Assembly (NCBI GenBank): GCA_963728205.1 | Contig: CAVSIV010000001.1 | Location: forward strand, 1-64,000 | Length of the DNA: 64,000 nucleotides | From: an uncultured Chloroflexia bacterium | GTDB taxonomy: Bacteria; Chloroflexota; Dehalococcoidia; UBA2979 | Reading direction: 5' to 3' | Shown: piece after piece, positions 53,176-61,807 of the stretch | Numbering within the stretch: the first letter of the stretch is position 1 | Layout of the letters: every line of letters begins with the position of its first letter | Position numbers and translations under genes: made by a program | Notes under the pieces: generated by a model | Told to the model about the DNA's origin: nothing | The model's database searches: none | What the model saw: only the letters and a program-made list of their open reading frames with translations

Positions 53176-54615
53176 ATGCCGCTGAGGACGCCCGAGCAGT
53201 ACACGCAGTCTCTCCGCGACGGCCGCGAGGTCTGGTTCCGCGGCGAGCGGGTCGACGACGTGACCACGCACCCGGTGATCGGGAAGGCGGTGCACCACGC
53301 GGCCATCGACTTCGAGATGGCGGAGGATCCGGAGTACCGCGATCTCGCGGTCGTGGAGGAGGACGGCAACCGGTACAGCCGCTACTACCGCATTCCTCGG
53401 AACACGGAGGACCTCCTCCTGCGGTCGCGGCTGATCGAGACCGCGACCGCGCTCGGCGACACGCTCGTCGTGCTCGTAAAGGAGATCGGCACCGACGCCC
53501 TCTTCGCGCTGCTCGCCGTCACGGCGGAGCTCGACGGGCCGTACCACGAGCGCGTGCTGCGCTTCTACGAGCACTGCCGCGACAACGACTTCGCGCTCTC
53601 GGTCGCGCAGACCGACGTGAAGGGCGATCGCACGAAGCGACCGTCGCAGCAGGCGGACCCCGACCTCTACCTGCGCGTCGTGGAGCGGCGGGCGGACGGC
53701 GTGGTCGTGCGCGGCGCGAAGGTGCACACCTCCTGCACGACGAACGTGAACGAGATCATCGTGCTGCCGACCCGCGCGATGGGTCCCGACGAGCAGGACT
53801 GGAGCATCGCGTTCGCCGTGCCCGTGAACACGCCGGGCGTGCGGCTGATCGCGAGCCCATATGGCGACCGCGACACGCGCAGCGGCGAGCACCCGATCAC
53901 GCACCACCACAAGATGATGGAGACCACCACCATCTTCGATGACGTCTTCGTGCCGAACGATCGCATCTTCGTGGACGGCGACACGCGCGCCGCCGGGGCG
54001 CTCGCGCTGACGTTCGTGGAATACCACCGCTTCACGGCGGTGTCGTACAAGCTGCCGCTGATCGACGCGATCAACGGCGCCTCCGCGCTGGCGGCCGACT
54101 ACAACGGGATCCTCGGCGCCGGGCACGTGCGCGACAAGTTCGTCCACCTGATCAGCTACGCGGAGACCGTGCGCGCGCTGATCGAGAAGGCGGCGGAGCG
54201 CTGCGTGCCGAAGCCGAACGGGCAGGTGGCGCCGGATCCGCTCACCGTGAACATCGCGAAGAGCACGTTCGCGCACGGCTACCACACGGCGGTGCAGCAC
54301 CTGCAGGAGCTGGCCGGCGGCGGGCTCGTCACCGCGCCGGGCGACGAGGACTGGGAGAGCGAGGAGCTGCGACCGTTCCTCGCGAAGTACCTGGTGGGGC
54401 GCGACGGCGTAAGCGCCGACCGGCGGCGGCGGCTGATGAGCTTCATCTCCGACCTGACCGCGGGTGAGTACGGTCCCTACCAGGAAGTGCTCGCGATCCA
54501 CGCCGAGGGATCGTTCGAGGCCGAGAAGCTCCAGATCTTCCGCGCGTACAACGAGGGTGGGCGCGCAGCGGCGGTCACCGGGCTGGCGTCGCGCATGGCT
54601 CGAATCACGACATGA
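53176..54615 (+). CDS. HpaB / 4-hydroxybutyryl-CoA dehydratase family flavoprotein
   Basis: RTPEQY..SLRDGR, AQTDVKGDR, VVRGAKVH, IFDDVFVP.DRIF, IHAEGS. Confidence 0.82.
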   Translation: MPLRTPEQYTQSLRDGREVWFRGERVDDVTTHPVIGKAVHHAAIDFEMAEDPEYRDLAVVEEDGNRYSRYYRIPRNTEDLLLRSRLIETATALGDTLVVLVKEIGTDALFALLAVTAELDGPYHERVLRFYEHCRDNDFALSVAQTDVKGDRTKRPSQQADPDLYLRVVERRADGVVVRGAKVHTSCTTNVNEIIVLPTRAMGPDEQDWSIAFAVPVNTPGVRLIASPYGDRDTRSGEHPITHHHKMMETTTIFDDVFVPNDRIFVDGDTRAAGALALTFVEYHRFTAVSYKLPLIDAINGASALAADYNGILGAGHVRDKFVHLISYAETVRALIEKAAERCVPKPNGQVAPDPLTVNIAKSTFAHGYHTAVQHLQELAGGGLVTAPGDEDWESEELRPFLAKYLVGRDGVSADRRRRLMSFISDLTAGEYGPYQEVLAIHAEGSFEAEKLQIFRAYNEGGRAAAVTGLASRMARITT

Positions 54616-54676
54616 GACGTCTGCGGGTCGCCGGGCAGCCCGCGGGCGTGCAGCGACGGCGAAAGGATGGATCGCG

Positions 54677-55855
54677 ATGACCGAAGAGGTGGTGCTCGTC
54701 AGCGGCGTGCGCACGGCGATCGGGCGCTTCGGCGGAGGCTTCGCCGACACCCCGGCGTCGGACATGGCCGCCCACGTGATCCGTGAGGCCGTGCGGCGAG
54801 CGGGCGTCGCGCCCGACGCCGTGGAGCAGGTCGTGCTCGGGTGCGTCGGGCAGGTGGCCGAGGACGCATACGTGGCGCGCCACGCCGCGATCAAGGCAGG
54901 GCTGCCGATCGAGACGTCGGCGTACACGGTGAACCGGCTCTGCGGCAGCGGACTCGAGGCGATCACCACCGGCGCGCGCTGGATCCAGACCGGCGAGGCG
55001 GACGTCGTGGTGGCCGGCGGCGCGGAGAACATGACGCGCCTGCCGTACTACGACCGCAGCACGCGCTTCGGTCGCCGCATGGGCGACGCCACCCTCGAGG
55101 ACGGCATCACGCTGCTCCTCTCCGATCCGTTCGAGCGCTACCACATGGGCGTCACCGCCGAGAACCTCGCGGGCAAATTCGGCATCAGCCGCGAGGACCA
55201 GGACGCGTTCGCGGTCGAGAGCCACCGGCGCGCGACGTCCGCGATCGAGTCGGGGCGCTTCCGCGATGAGATCGCCCCGATGGAGGTGCGGAAGGGCCGC
55301 GAGACGGTCGTCGTGGACACCGACGAGCACCCGCGCGCCGACGCGGACCTGGGCTCGATGGCGAAGCTGCGCCCGGCGTTCCAGTCCGACGGCTCGGTGA
55401 CCGCCGGGAATGCGTCGGGCATCAACGACGGGGCGGCCGCGCTCGTGTTGATGTCGCGGCGCAAGGCCGACGAGCTCGGCGTGAAGCCGCGCCTGCGCCT
55501 CGTGGCGTCGGCGACGGCCGGCGTCGACCCGTCGATCATGGGGAGCGGCCCGATCCCGGCGACGCGCAAGCTGCTGAAGGGCTGCGGAATGCAGCTCGAC
55601 CAGTTCGACCGCGTGGAGCTGAACGAGGCGTTCGCCGCGGTGGCGCTCGCCTGCTCGCGCGAGCTGCAGCTCGACCCGGAGCGCACGAACCCGAACGGCG
55701 GCGCGGTCGCGCTCGGCCACCCGGTCGGCGCTACCGGCGCGATCCTGACGGTGAAGCTGATGCACGACCTCGAGCGCACGGACGGCGAGCGCGGGCTCGT
55801 CTCGCTGTGCATCGGCGGCGGGCAGGGGATCTCGGCGATCTTCGAGCGCGTGTAG
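54677..55855 (+). CDS. acetyl-CoA C-acyltransferase (thiolase)
   Basis: NRLCGSG, NEAF, GHPVGATG, SLCIGGGQG. Confidence 0.94.
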   Translation: MTEEVVLVSGVRTAIGRFGGGFADTPASDMAAHVIREAVRRAGVAPDAVEQVVLGCVGQVAEDAYVARHAAIKAGLPIETSAYTVNRLCGSGLEAITTGARWIQTGEADVVVAGGAENMTRLPYYDRSTRFGRRMGDATLEDGITLLLSDPFERYHMGVTAENLAGKFGISREDQDAFAVESHRRATSAIESGRFRDEIAPMEVRKGRETVVVDTDEHPRADADLGSMAKLRPAFQSDGSVTAGNASGINDGAAALVLMSRRKADELGVKPRLRLVASATAGVDPSIMGSGPIPATRKLLKGCGMQLDQFDRVELNEAFAAVALACSRELQLDPERTNPNGGAVALGHPVGATGAILTVKLMHDLERTDGERGLVSLCIGGGQGISAIFERV

Positions 55856-55948
55856 TCGGGCGGCCGGCGCGCCCCCCCGGCCCCGCGTCAAGCGGCGGCA
55901 GGATGCCGCCGATGCTCGCGGCGGCGCAAGCCGCCCGCGCCCCGGCGC

Positions 55949-56773
55949 CTAGGCCGGCGGCGTGCCCGTCGCCGCCGGCGTCGGTAGCCCCGGCTCCGTC
56001 GCGTGCACGCGCTCGAGGTACTCAATCAGCGTGAGGCCGCTGCGGTGCCACGCCGCCGCGTGCGCGCGGCCGATGTACCGAATGTGCCACGGCTCGTACT
56101 CGTAGCCGGTCACCGCCTCCTGCCCCCGCGGATAGGAGAGCGCGAACCCGTACTCCCACTCGTGTGCCGCGAGCCACAGGCCCTCGGGCGCGTCGCCGAA
56201 CGACGCGTCGAGATCCCACGCCACCGACGCGCTCGTGAGGTCGGCCGTGGTGCCGAGCTGGTGCTCGCTGTGGCCGGCGCGCGCGCTCTCGCGCTCCGCC
56301 TGCGCCAGCCCGTGCTCCTGCACCCAGTACTCGAACGTCTGCTGCTGCGTGGCGTACGAGCGATACGACGACCGCACCCGCAGCTCGAGCCCGTCGGCCC
56401 GCGCGGCGGCGAGCAGCGCCTCGAGGGCGTCGGCCGCCGGCGCGACGAGCTGTTGCGCGCCGTAGCCGGGCGCGACCCAGCGCGCCGGCAGCGCGACGAG
56501 ATCCGCGGGCACGAAGTCGCCCGCGAGCGCGTACTGCTTGCTGACGAGCGGGAGGAGCCACGCGTCCGGGTCGGGCGTGGGGCTCAGCGGCGAGGTGGCG
56601 GTCGCGGTCGTCGCGGTCGTCGCGGTCGCGGCGGGCGACGTGGCCGGCGGGCGCGCGGTCGCGGACGGCCGGGGTGCCGTCGTGCCCGCCGGGCTGCGCA
56701 CGCCGCACGCCGCGAGCACGAGCGCGGCGGCGATGAGGCACGCGAGCGGAGCGGAGCGGCGCGGTCCTGGCAT
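55949..56773 (-). CDS. M15 family D-Ala-D-Ala carboxypeptidase (VanY-like), lipoprotein
   Basis: LAAC lipobox, SSYRS, SARAGHSEHQLG...D, YEPWHIRY. Confidence 0.9.
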   Translation of the reverse strand: MPGPRRSAPLACLIAAALVLAACGVRSPAGTTAPRPSATARPPATSPAATATTATTATATSPLSPTPDPDAWLLPLVSKQYALAGDFVPADLVALPARWVAPGYGAQQLVAPAADALEALLAAARADGLELRVRSSYRSYATQQQTFEYWVQEHGLAQAERESARAGHSEHQLGTTADLTSASVAWDLDASFGDAPEGLWLAAHEWEYGFALSYPRGQEAVTGYEYEPWHIRYIGRAHAAAWHRSGLTLIEYLERVHATEPGLPTPAATGTPPA

Positions 56774-56814
56774 GCCGCCAGCGAAGCACACCCGCGCAGT
56801 GGTGTCGCCCCGCG

Positions 56815-56984
56815 GCGTGCTGCGAGCGGCGCCGGGTGACGGCGCTGAGTCGCCGCGAAGCATGCTGCGAGCGGCGCCGGGTCACGGCGCTGAGGCGGAC
56901 CGTCGCTCAGCATCCTCGCCGGATGCCGCTCGAAGCCGGCCGCGGCGGGGCGACTCGGCGTCGTGTCCCGGCGCCGCTCGCAGC
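56815..56984. repeat. REP/BIME-like array: two 45-bp units, a tail and one inverted unit
   Basis: Unit TGCTGCGAGCGGCGCCGGGTCACGGCGCTGAGTCGCCGCGAAGCA at 56818 and 56863; inverted degenerate copy at 56949-56984. Confidence 0.85.
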
Positions 56985-56991
56985 GGGCTCC

Positions 56992-57489
56992 TTACGCCTC
57001 GCGCCCGTAGCCCATGGCGACGGCGAACTGCCACGCGTCCAGGTCCGGCGTCGTGACGCCCTGCTGCCCGAGTGCGAGCTTGATCTCCGTGCGGTGCTCG
57101 ACGCCGTGCTCCACGGCGTGCACGAGGAAGAACGACCGCGGGAACCGGTACGTCTTGCCCGCGTACGGCAGGTCGACCTCGACGTCGGCATCGAGCGACT
57201 CGGCGATGCGCACGAGGTCGTCGCTCGACGCGCGGGCGGCGTCGGCGAGAGCGTCCCAGCCGGGCCAGGCGCTGGCGCGATTGAGCTCGCCCTCGTTCTG
57301 ACGCCCCTCGGTGCGCAGCACGAACGTCTGCTGTCCGCCGACGACGTGTACGAACAGCTCGCGCAGCGGACCGGACGTGCCGGGAATGCGTGCGTCGAGG
57401 TGCGCGTCGTCGAGCGTGCGACAGGCGTCAATCAGCGTGAGCGTCGCCCACCGGTTGTAGCGGAGCATCTCGGCGAGCGGCGCGTTCAT
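56992..57489 (-). CDS. DinB family protein
   Basis: MLRYNRWA..H..HAVEHGVEHRTEI...LGQQG..PDLD. GGAGG RBS. Confidence 0.87.
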   Translation of the reverse strand: MNAPLAEMLRYNRWATLTLIDACRTLDDAHLDARIPGTSGPLRELFVHVVGGQQTFVLRTEGRQNEGELNRASAWPGWDALADAARASSDDLVRIAESLDADVEVDLPYAGKTYRFPRSFFLVHAVEHGVEHRTEIKLALGQQGVTTPDLDAWQFAVAMGYGREA

Positions 57490-57511
57490 GGCAACCTCCG
57501 TGAGGGCGGGT

Positions 57512-57681
57512 GTGCTGCGAGCGGCGCCGGGTCACGGCGCTGAGTCGCCGAGAAGCGTGCTGCGAGCGGCGCCGGGTCACGGCGCTGAGTCGCCGCGAAG
57601 CATGCTGCGAGCGGCGCCGGGTCACGGCGCTGAGGCGGACCGCCGCTCAGCATCCTCACCGGATGCCGCTCGAAGCCGGCC
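57512..57681. repeat. REP/BIME-like array: three 45-bp units plus the same tail
   Basis: Units at 57513, 57558, 57603. 57555-57681 matches 56815-56941 with 3 mismatches. Confidence 0.88.
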
Positions 57682-57699
57682 CCGGGGGCTGCTCGCCGC

Positions 57700-57840
57700 G
57701 CTGCCGAGGTGGCGCAGCGAGAACTGCTCGTACGCCTCGCGCTCGAAGGCGGGGATGCCCGTGCGGCCGCCGGGGTTGACGTGCATCGTCTTCTCGCGCG
57801 AGCCGAAGGCGTCGTACAGCGCGACGCCGGCTTCCCGGCC
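57700..57840 (-). pseudogene. C-terminal remnant of an alpha/beta hydrolase
   Basis: REAGVALYDAFGSREKTMHVNPGGRTGIPAFEREAYEQFSLRHL, with an in-frame stop just upstream. The expected catalytic His of NPGxH reads Arg. Confidence 0.55.
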
Positions 57841-58098
57841 GCATCATAGGCGCGCGGTAGGCCCGAGGCGCCGTGCATCCCACGCACTCCCGCGGATTCC
57901 CCGCGGACGCAGTCCGCGGCTGGCGCCGCGCTTCTGTCGGCGGCGTATCTGCCGCCGCTGCGGGTGACGTTCATGCGCGCACGGCGCCCCCGGGGCATGC
58001 TGACTGCCGTGCGGAACGCGAGCAACGTGAGCTGCCCACGAGGTCATCGTCGCACACGGCAGGACCGACGCCTGCCGCTCGCCGGAGTGGGAGGGTGC

Positions 58099-60204
58099 CT
58101 ACGCCACCGCGCGCAGCGCCGGACCGCCGCCGGCGCGCCGCTCGCGCACCCACGCCGCGAACCCGTCGGCGGGGAGCGGACGGCCGAGGTGGTAGCCCTG
58201 CGCGGTGTCGCAGCCCAGCGAGCGCAGCAGCTCGAGGCTCGCCTCGTCCTCCACGCCCTCGGCGACCACCTCCAGCCCCAGCGCGTGGCCGAGCGTCACG
58301 GCCGTCGCGACGATCGCCGCCGACCGCCGATCCCCGGCGATCGGCTGCACGAACGAGCGGTCGATCTTCAGCGCGTCGACCGGCAGGTCCTTCAGGTAGC
58401 TCAGCGCGGAGTAGCCGGTGCCGAAGTCGTCGATCGCGACGCCGACCCCCATCGCCCGCAGGCGAGAGAGCGCGCCGGTCACGAGCACGCGGTCGAGCAT
58501 GATCCCGCTCTCGGTGATCTCGACGGTGAGGGCGTCGTGGCCGAGCCCGGCGTCGCGCAGCAGCGCGGCGATCAGCTCGGGGAGCGCGGGGTCCTCGAGG
58601 TCGCGCATCGAGAGGTTGACGGCGAGCGTGACCGCGAGCCCCTGCACGCGCCACGCGCTGCACTGCTCGATCGCGAGCGCGAGCACGCGCCGCGTGAGCG
58701 GGCGGATCAGCCCGGTCTGCTCGGCCAGCGGGATGAAGTCGTCGGGCGGGACGAGGCCGCGCAGCGGGTGCATCCAGCGCACCAGCGCCTCGGCGCCGAC
58801 GACCCGCCCGCTGCCGCAGTCGACCTTCGGCTGATAGTGGAGGACGAGCGCGCCGTTCGCCGTCGCGGCTGCGGCGTCGGCCGGCTCGATGGCCTGGCGC
58901 AGCTCGCCGATCAGCGCGAGCCGCTCGGGGCTGTGCCGTGCCTCGTGCTCCGGCGCGTAGACGGCGTACGCCTGGCCGGGCCGCTTCGCCACGTACATCG
59001 CGATCTCGGCGCGCCGGAGCAGCGCGCTCGCGTCGCCGCCGTGCTCGGGCGCGACCGTCACACCGATGCTCGCCGACACCTCGAGCGAGTAGCCCTCGGC
59101 GACGAACGGGTGCTCGATCGCGAGCGACAGCCGTCGCGCGACGGCCTCCGCCTCTTCGACGTCCATGTCCGGCAGCAGCACCGCGAACTCGTCGCCGCCG
59201 AGACGCGCGACGACGTCCTCGGGCCGCAGCGCCATGCGCAGGCGGGGGCCAATCTCGAGCAGCAGGCGGTCGCCCGAGGCGTGCCCGAAGGTGTCGTTGA
59301 TTTCCTTGAAGCGGTCGACGTCGAGCAGCAGCAGCGCGATCCGCGCGCCGTCGCCGGCCAGCGCCGCATCGAGTCGCTCCTGCAGCAGCCGGCGGTTCGG
59401 CAGGCCGGTCAGCGAGTCGTAGAGCGCGAGGTGCTCGAGCCGGTCGGCCTGGTCCTCGAGCGTGCGGATCGTCTCCTCCGAGCGGCTCGCGTAGAAGGCG
59501 AGCGTGAAGCGCATGACGAAGACGGGCAGGACGAACATCGCCGTTCCCAGCACGCCGAGCCCGCCGTGGGTCGCGCCGAGGAACGCGCCGGTGAGGCCGA
59601 CCAGCACGCTCGTCGGCCAGTACCAGCCCGTGTCGCGGGCGACGGCGAAGAGCGAGCGCTCGGAGTGCGCGCTGATGATGGCGGAGACGAGGCCGACGTT
59701 GACGACGGAGTACGCGCCGACGGCACACGTCGCGGCGACCAGCCGCGCCGCCATGCCGTCGGCGCCGGCGGCGAGCAGTGCGACGTAGACCGCGGTCGCC
59801 ACCCCGGCCGAGAGCACGGAGACCGCGAGGTTGAACAGCACCTTGTCCGGGCGCCGCGTGCCGGCCATCGCGACGTGGACCGCCGCGGAGGCGAGCGCGA
59901 CCAGCGGCGCGGTTGCCGGTGCGGCGGTGACCGCGGCTGCGGTCGCGGCGACGGCGAGGGAGAACGAGAACGTCTCGGCGCGCGCGCGGTAGATGCGCAC
60001 GCGGAGCAGCTCGCCCGCGACGCCGAGCGCCGCGATCGGCAGCAGCGTGCCCCACGGCGCGCCCCGCGCGACGGCGAGGAGCGCCCAGGCGAGTGCCGGC
60101 AGCGAGGTGGCGATCGTCCCCCAGAGGACGGCGTCGGCCGTCCGCAGGTGCGGCCGGCCGGTTGCCGTGCGGCGCGTCGTCGTCAGCCCGGCGCCCTCAG
60201 CCAT
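58099..60204 (-). CDS. membrane-sensor GGDEF-EAL diguanylate cyclase/phosphodiesterase
   Basis: Several N-terminal TM helices; YDSLTGLPNR, NDTFGH..GD, RLGGDEF; YQP, EALVRW, EITE, DDFGTGYS, KIDRSF, EGVE, QGY. Confidence 0.92.
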   Translation of the reverse strand: MAEGAGLTTTRRTATGRPHLRTADAVLWGTIATSLPALAWALLAVARGAPWGTLLPIAALGVAGELLRVRIYRARAETFSFSLAVAATAAAVTAAPATAPLVALASAAVHVAMAGTRRPDKVLFNLAVSVLSAGVATAVYVALLAAGADGMAARLVAATCAVGAYSVVNVGLVSAIISAHSERSLFAVARDTGWYWPTSVLVGLTGAFLGATHGGLGVLGTAMFVLPVFVMRFTLAFYASRSEETIRTLEDQADRLEHLALYDSLTGLPNRRLLQERLDAALAGDGARIALLLLDVDRFKEINDTFGHASGDRLLLEIGPRLRMALRPEDVVARLGGDEFAVLLPDMDVEEAEAVARRLSLAIEHPFVAEGYSLEVSASIGVTVAPEHGGDASALLRRAEIAMYVAKRPGQAYAVYAPEHEARHSPERLALIGELRQAIEPADAAAATANGALVLHYQPKVDCGSGRVVGAEALVRWMHPLRGLVPPDDFIPLAEQTGLIRPLTRRVLALAIEQCSAWRVQGLAVTLAVNLSMRDLEDPALPELIAALLRDAGLGHDALTVEITESGIMLDRVLVTGALSRLRAMGVGVAIDDFGTGYSALSYLKDLPVDALKIDRSFVQPIAGDRRSAAIVATAVTLGHALGLEVVAEGVEDEASLELLRSLGCDTAQGYHLGRPLPADGFAAWVRERRAGGGPALRAVA

Positions 60205-60236
60205 CGCGCTCCGTCCCGTTCAGTCCCGCTCATCCG

Positions 60237-61807
60237 TCAGTTGTCGCCGTGCGCGTCCCAGTAAGACGAGTCCCAGTACGAGCTATCCCAGTAGGAGCTG
60301 TCCCAGTACGAGGAATCCCAGTAGGACGAATCCCAGTACGAGCTGGCGAAGCTGACCGTGTCGCCGAGCGAGGTGGTCAGGCGCGTCAGCGACGAGAAGT
60401 CGCTCGCGGGGATCACGCCCGCGTTGGCCGACGGCACGTTGCCCTGCGCGGCGCGCTGCAGCGCCGCCAGCACGTTGACCTCGCCGGCGGCGTCGGGCCG
60501 GTCCGGGTACGTGCCGGCGGTGCTCGTGACGAGTGCCTTCACCTGGTCCGGCGTCAGGCCCGGGGTGCGCTGCAGCAACAGCGCGACCTCGCCGCTCACC
60601 ACCGGCGCGGACATCGACGTGCCGCTGAGGTGGATGTACTGGCCGTCGACGACGCTCGCCGGCGCCTCGCGTGCGAGCGTGCTGTTCGGCGCGAGCGTCG
60701 ACGTGACGTGCATGCCGGGGGCGACGACGTCGGGCTTGGCGGTGCCCTCGAGCGTGCGGCCGCGGCTGCTGAACGTGCAGAGCGAGTCGTCGGCGGTCGA
60801 TGCGGTCGCCGAGTCGTTCACGCAGCCGACGGTGATCACGAACGGGTCGTTGCCCGGCGCGTGCCACTCGGCATCCGCCGTCGCGCCGCGGTTGCCGGCG
60901 GAGGCGACGACGACGATGCCCTCGGCCCACAGCTGCTCGACGGCGGCGTCGACCGGGCTCGTGACGTAGCTGCTCGGGCCGCCGGCCTCGACCGAGAGGT
61001 TGACGACGCGGATGCCGTACTCGGCGTGGTAGCGGGCGACCCACTGCAGGCCGCGGATGAGGTCGGACTCGCTGGCGCTGCCGGCGTCGTCGCTGAGTCT
61101 TCACGCCGACGACGTTCGCCTGCGGCGCGATGCCGAGGTAGTGCCCGGTCGCGGCGTCGTCGCCCGCGATGATGCCGGCGACGTGCGTGCCGTGGCCGTG
61201 GTGGTCGACGGCGTCGGTGGCGCGGGAGTTCACGCTGACGGCCGTGACGCGACCCGCGAGATCCGGGTGCGACACGGCGACGCCGGTGTCGACGACCGCG
61301 ACCGTCACGCCGGCGCCGGTGGCCCCGACGGACGGGTCGTTCCACGCCTGGTCGGCGTGCACGGCGGCCGGGTACGCGGTAGCGAGCGGCGCGGGATTCG
61401 ATCCCGCTGTCGAGGTGCAGCACGGGGCCATCCGGCGAGATGTAGAGGATGTTCGAGTCGAGGGCGAGGGTGAGGACGTCGCGCAGGCGGAGCTGGAGCA
61501 CCGCGCTGTTGATGAACGGGAAGTCGTCGACGACGGTGGCACCGACGAGTTGAGCGATCAGCCCGGTGGACTCGGTCGTTCCCGGCTTCTTCTGGACGAT
61601 CACGCGCACGAGCCGGGTGGGCTCGACCTTCGCGCCGTACTGCAGCTCGGGGCTGACCGGGAGCAGGGTGTTGAGGGTGCTGGTCAGGCTGCCGAGCAGC
61701 CCGCCGCCGCCGAGCAGTCCGCCGGCGTTGGTGGCGCCGGTGGTCGAGGCCATGGTCGCGACGACCACCACGAGGAGCAGCGCGACCAGTCGCTGGATGC
61801 GATTCAT
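60237..61807 (-). CDS. secreted S8 (subtilisin-like) serine peptidase with (SSYWD)6 C-terminal tail; two single-base insertions (near 61097 and 61397)
   Basis: Signal peptide and prodomain, VAVVDTG (Asp), HGTHVAG (His), SAGN, SGTSMSAPVVSG (Ser), spread over three frames. Length is 3n+2. Confidence 0.88.
60255..60344 (-). repeat. six tandem 15-bp units encoding SSYWD
   Basis: AGCTCGTACTGGGAT, TCGTCCTACTGGGAT, TCCTCGTACTGGGAC, AGCTCCTACTGGGAT, AGCTCGTACTGGGAC, TCGTCTTACTGGGAC. Confidence 0.95.

Noticed and set aside
51031-55032. Very long antisense or alternate-frame ORFs (e.g. 1333 aa here, 24614-27355, 35111-37846, 62178-63959)
   Set aside because: Arg/Ala/Pro-rich shadows expected in very high-GC DNA opposite well-supported genes.
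55949-56773. Glycopeptide-resistance locus
   Set aside because: A lone VanY-like M15 lipoprotein with no vanHAX or vanRS, typical of housekeeping peptidoglycan trimming.
56815-57681. 45-bp repeats as a CRISPR array or integron attC sites
   Set aside because: The units are contiguous with no unique spacers. There are no cas or integrase genes, and I saw no attC-type RYYYAAC/GTTRRRY ends.
61095-61399. Programmed frameshifting or phase variation in the S8 gene (and in dps and the CoA-transferase)
   Set aside because: No slippery heptamer or homopolymer tract at the sites. The shared GATC context points to a technical cause.
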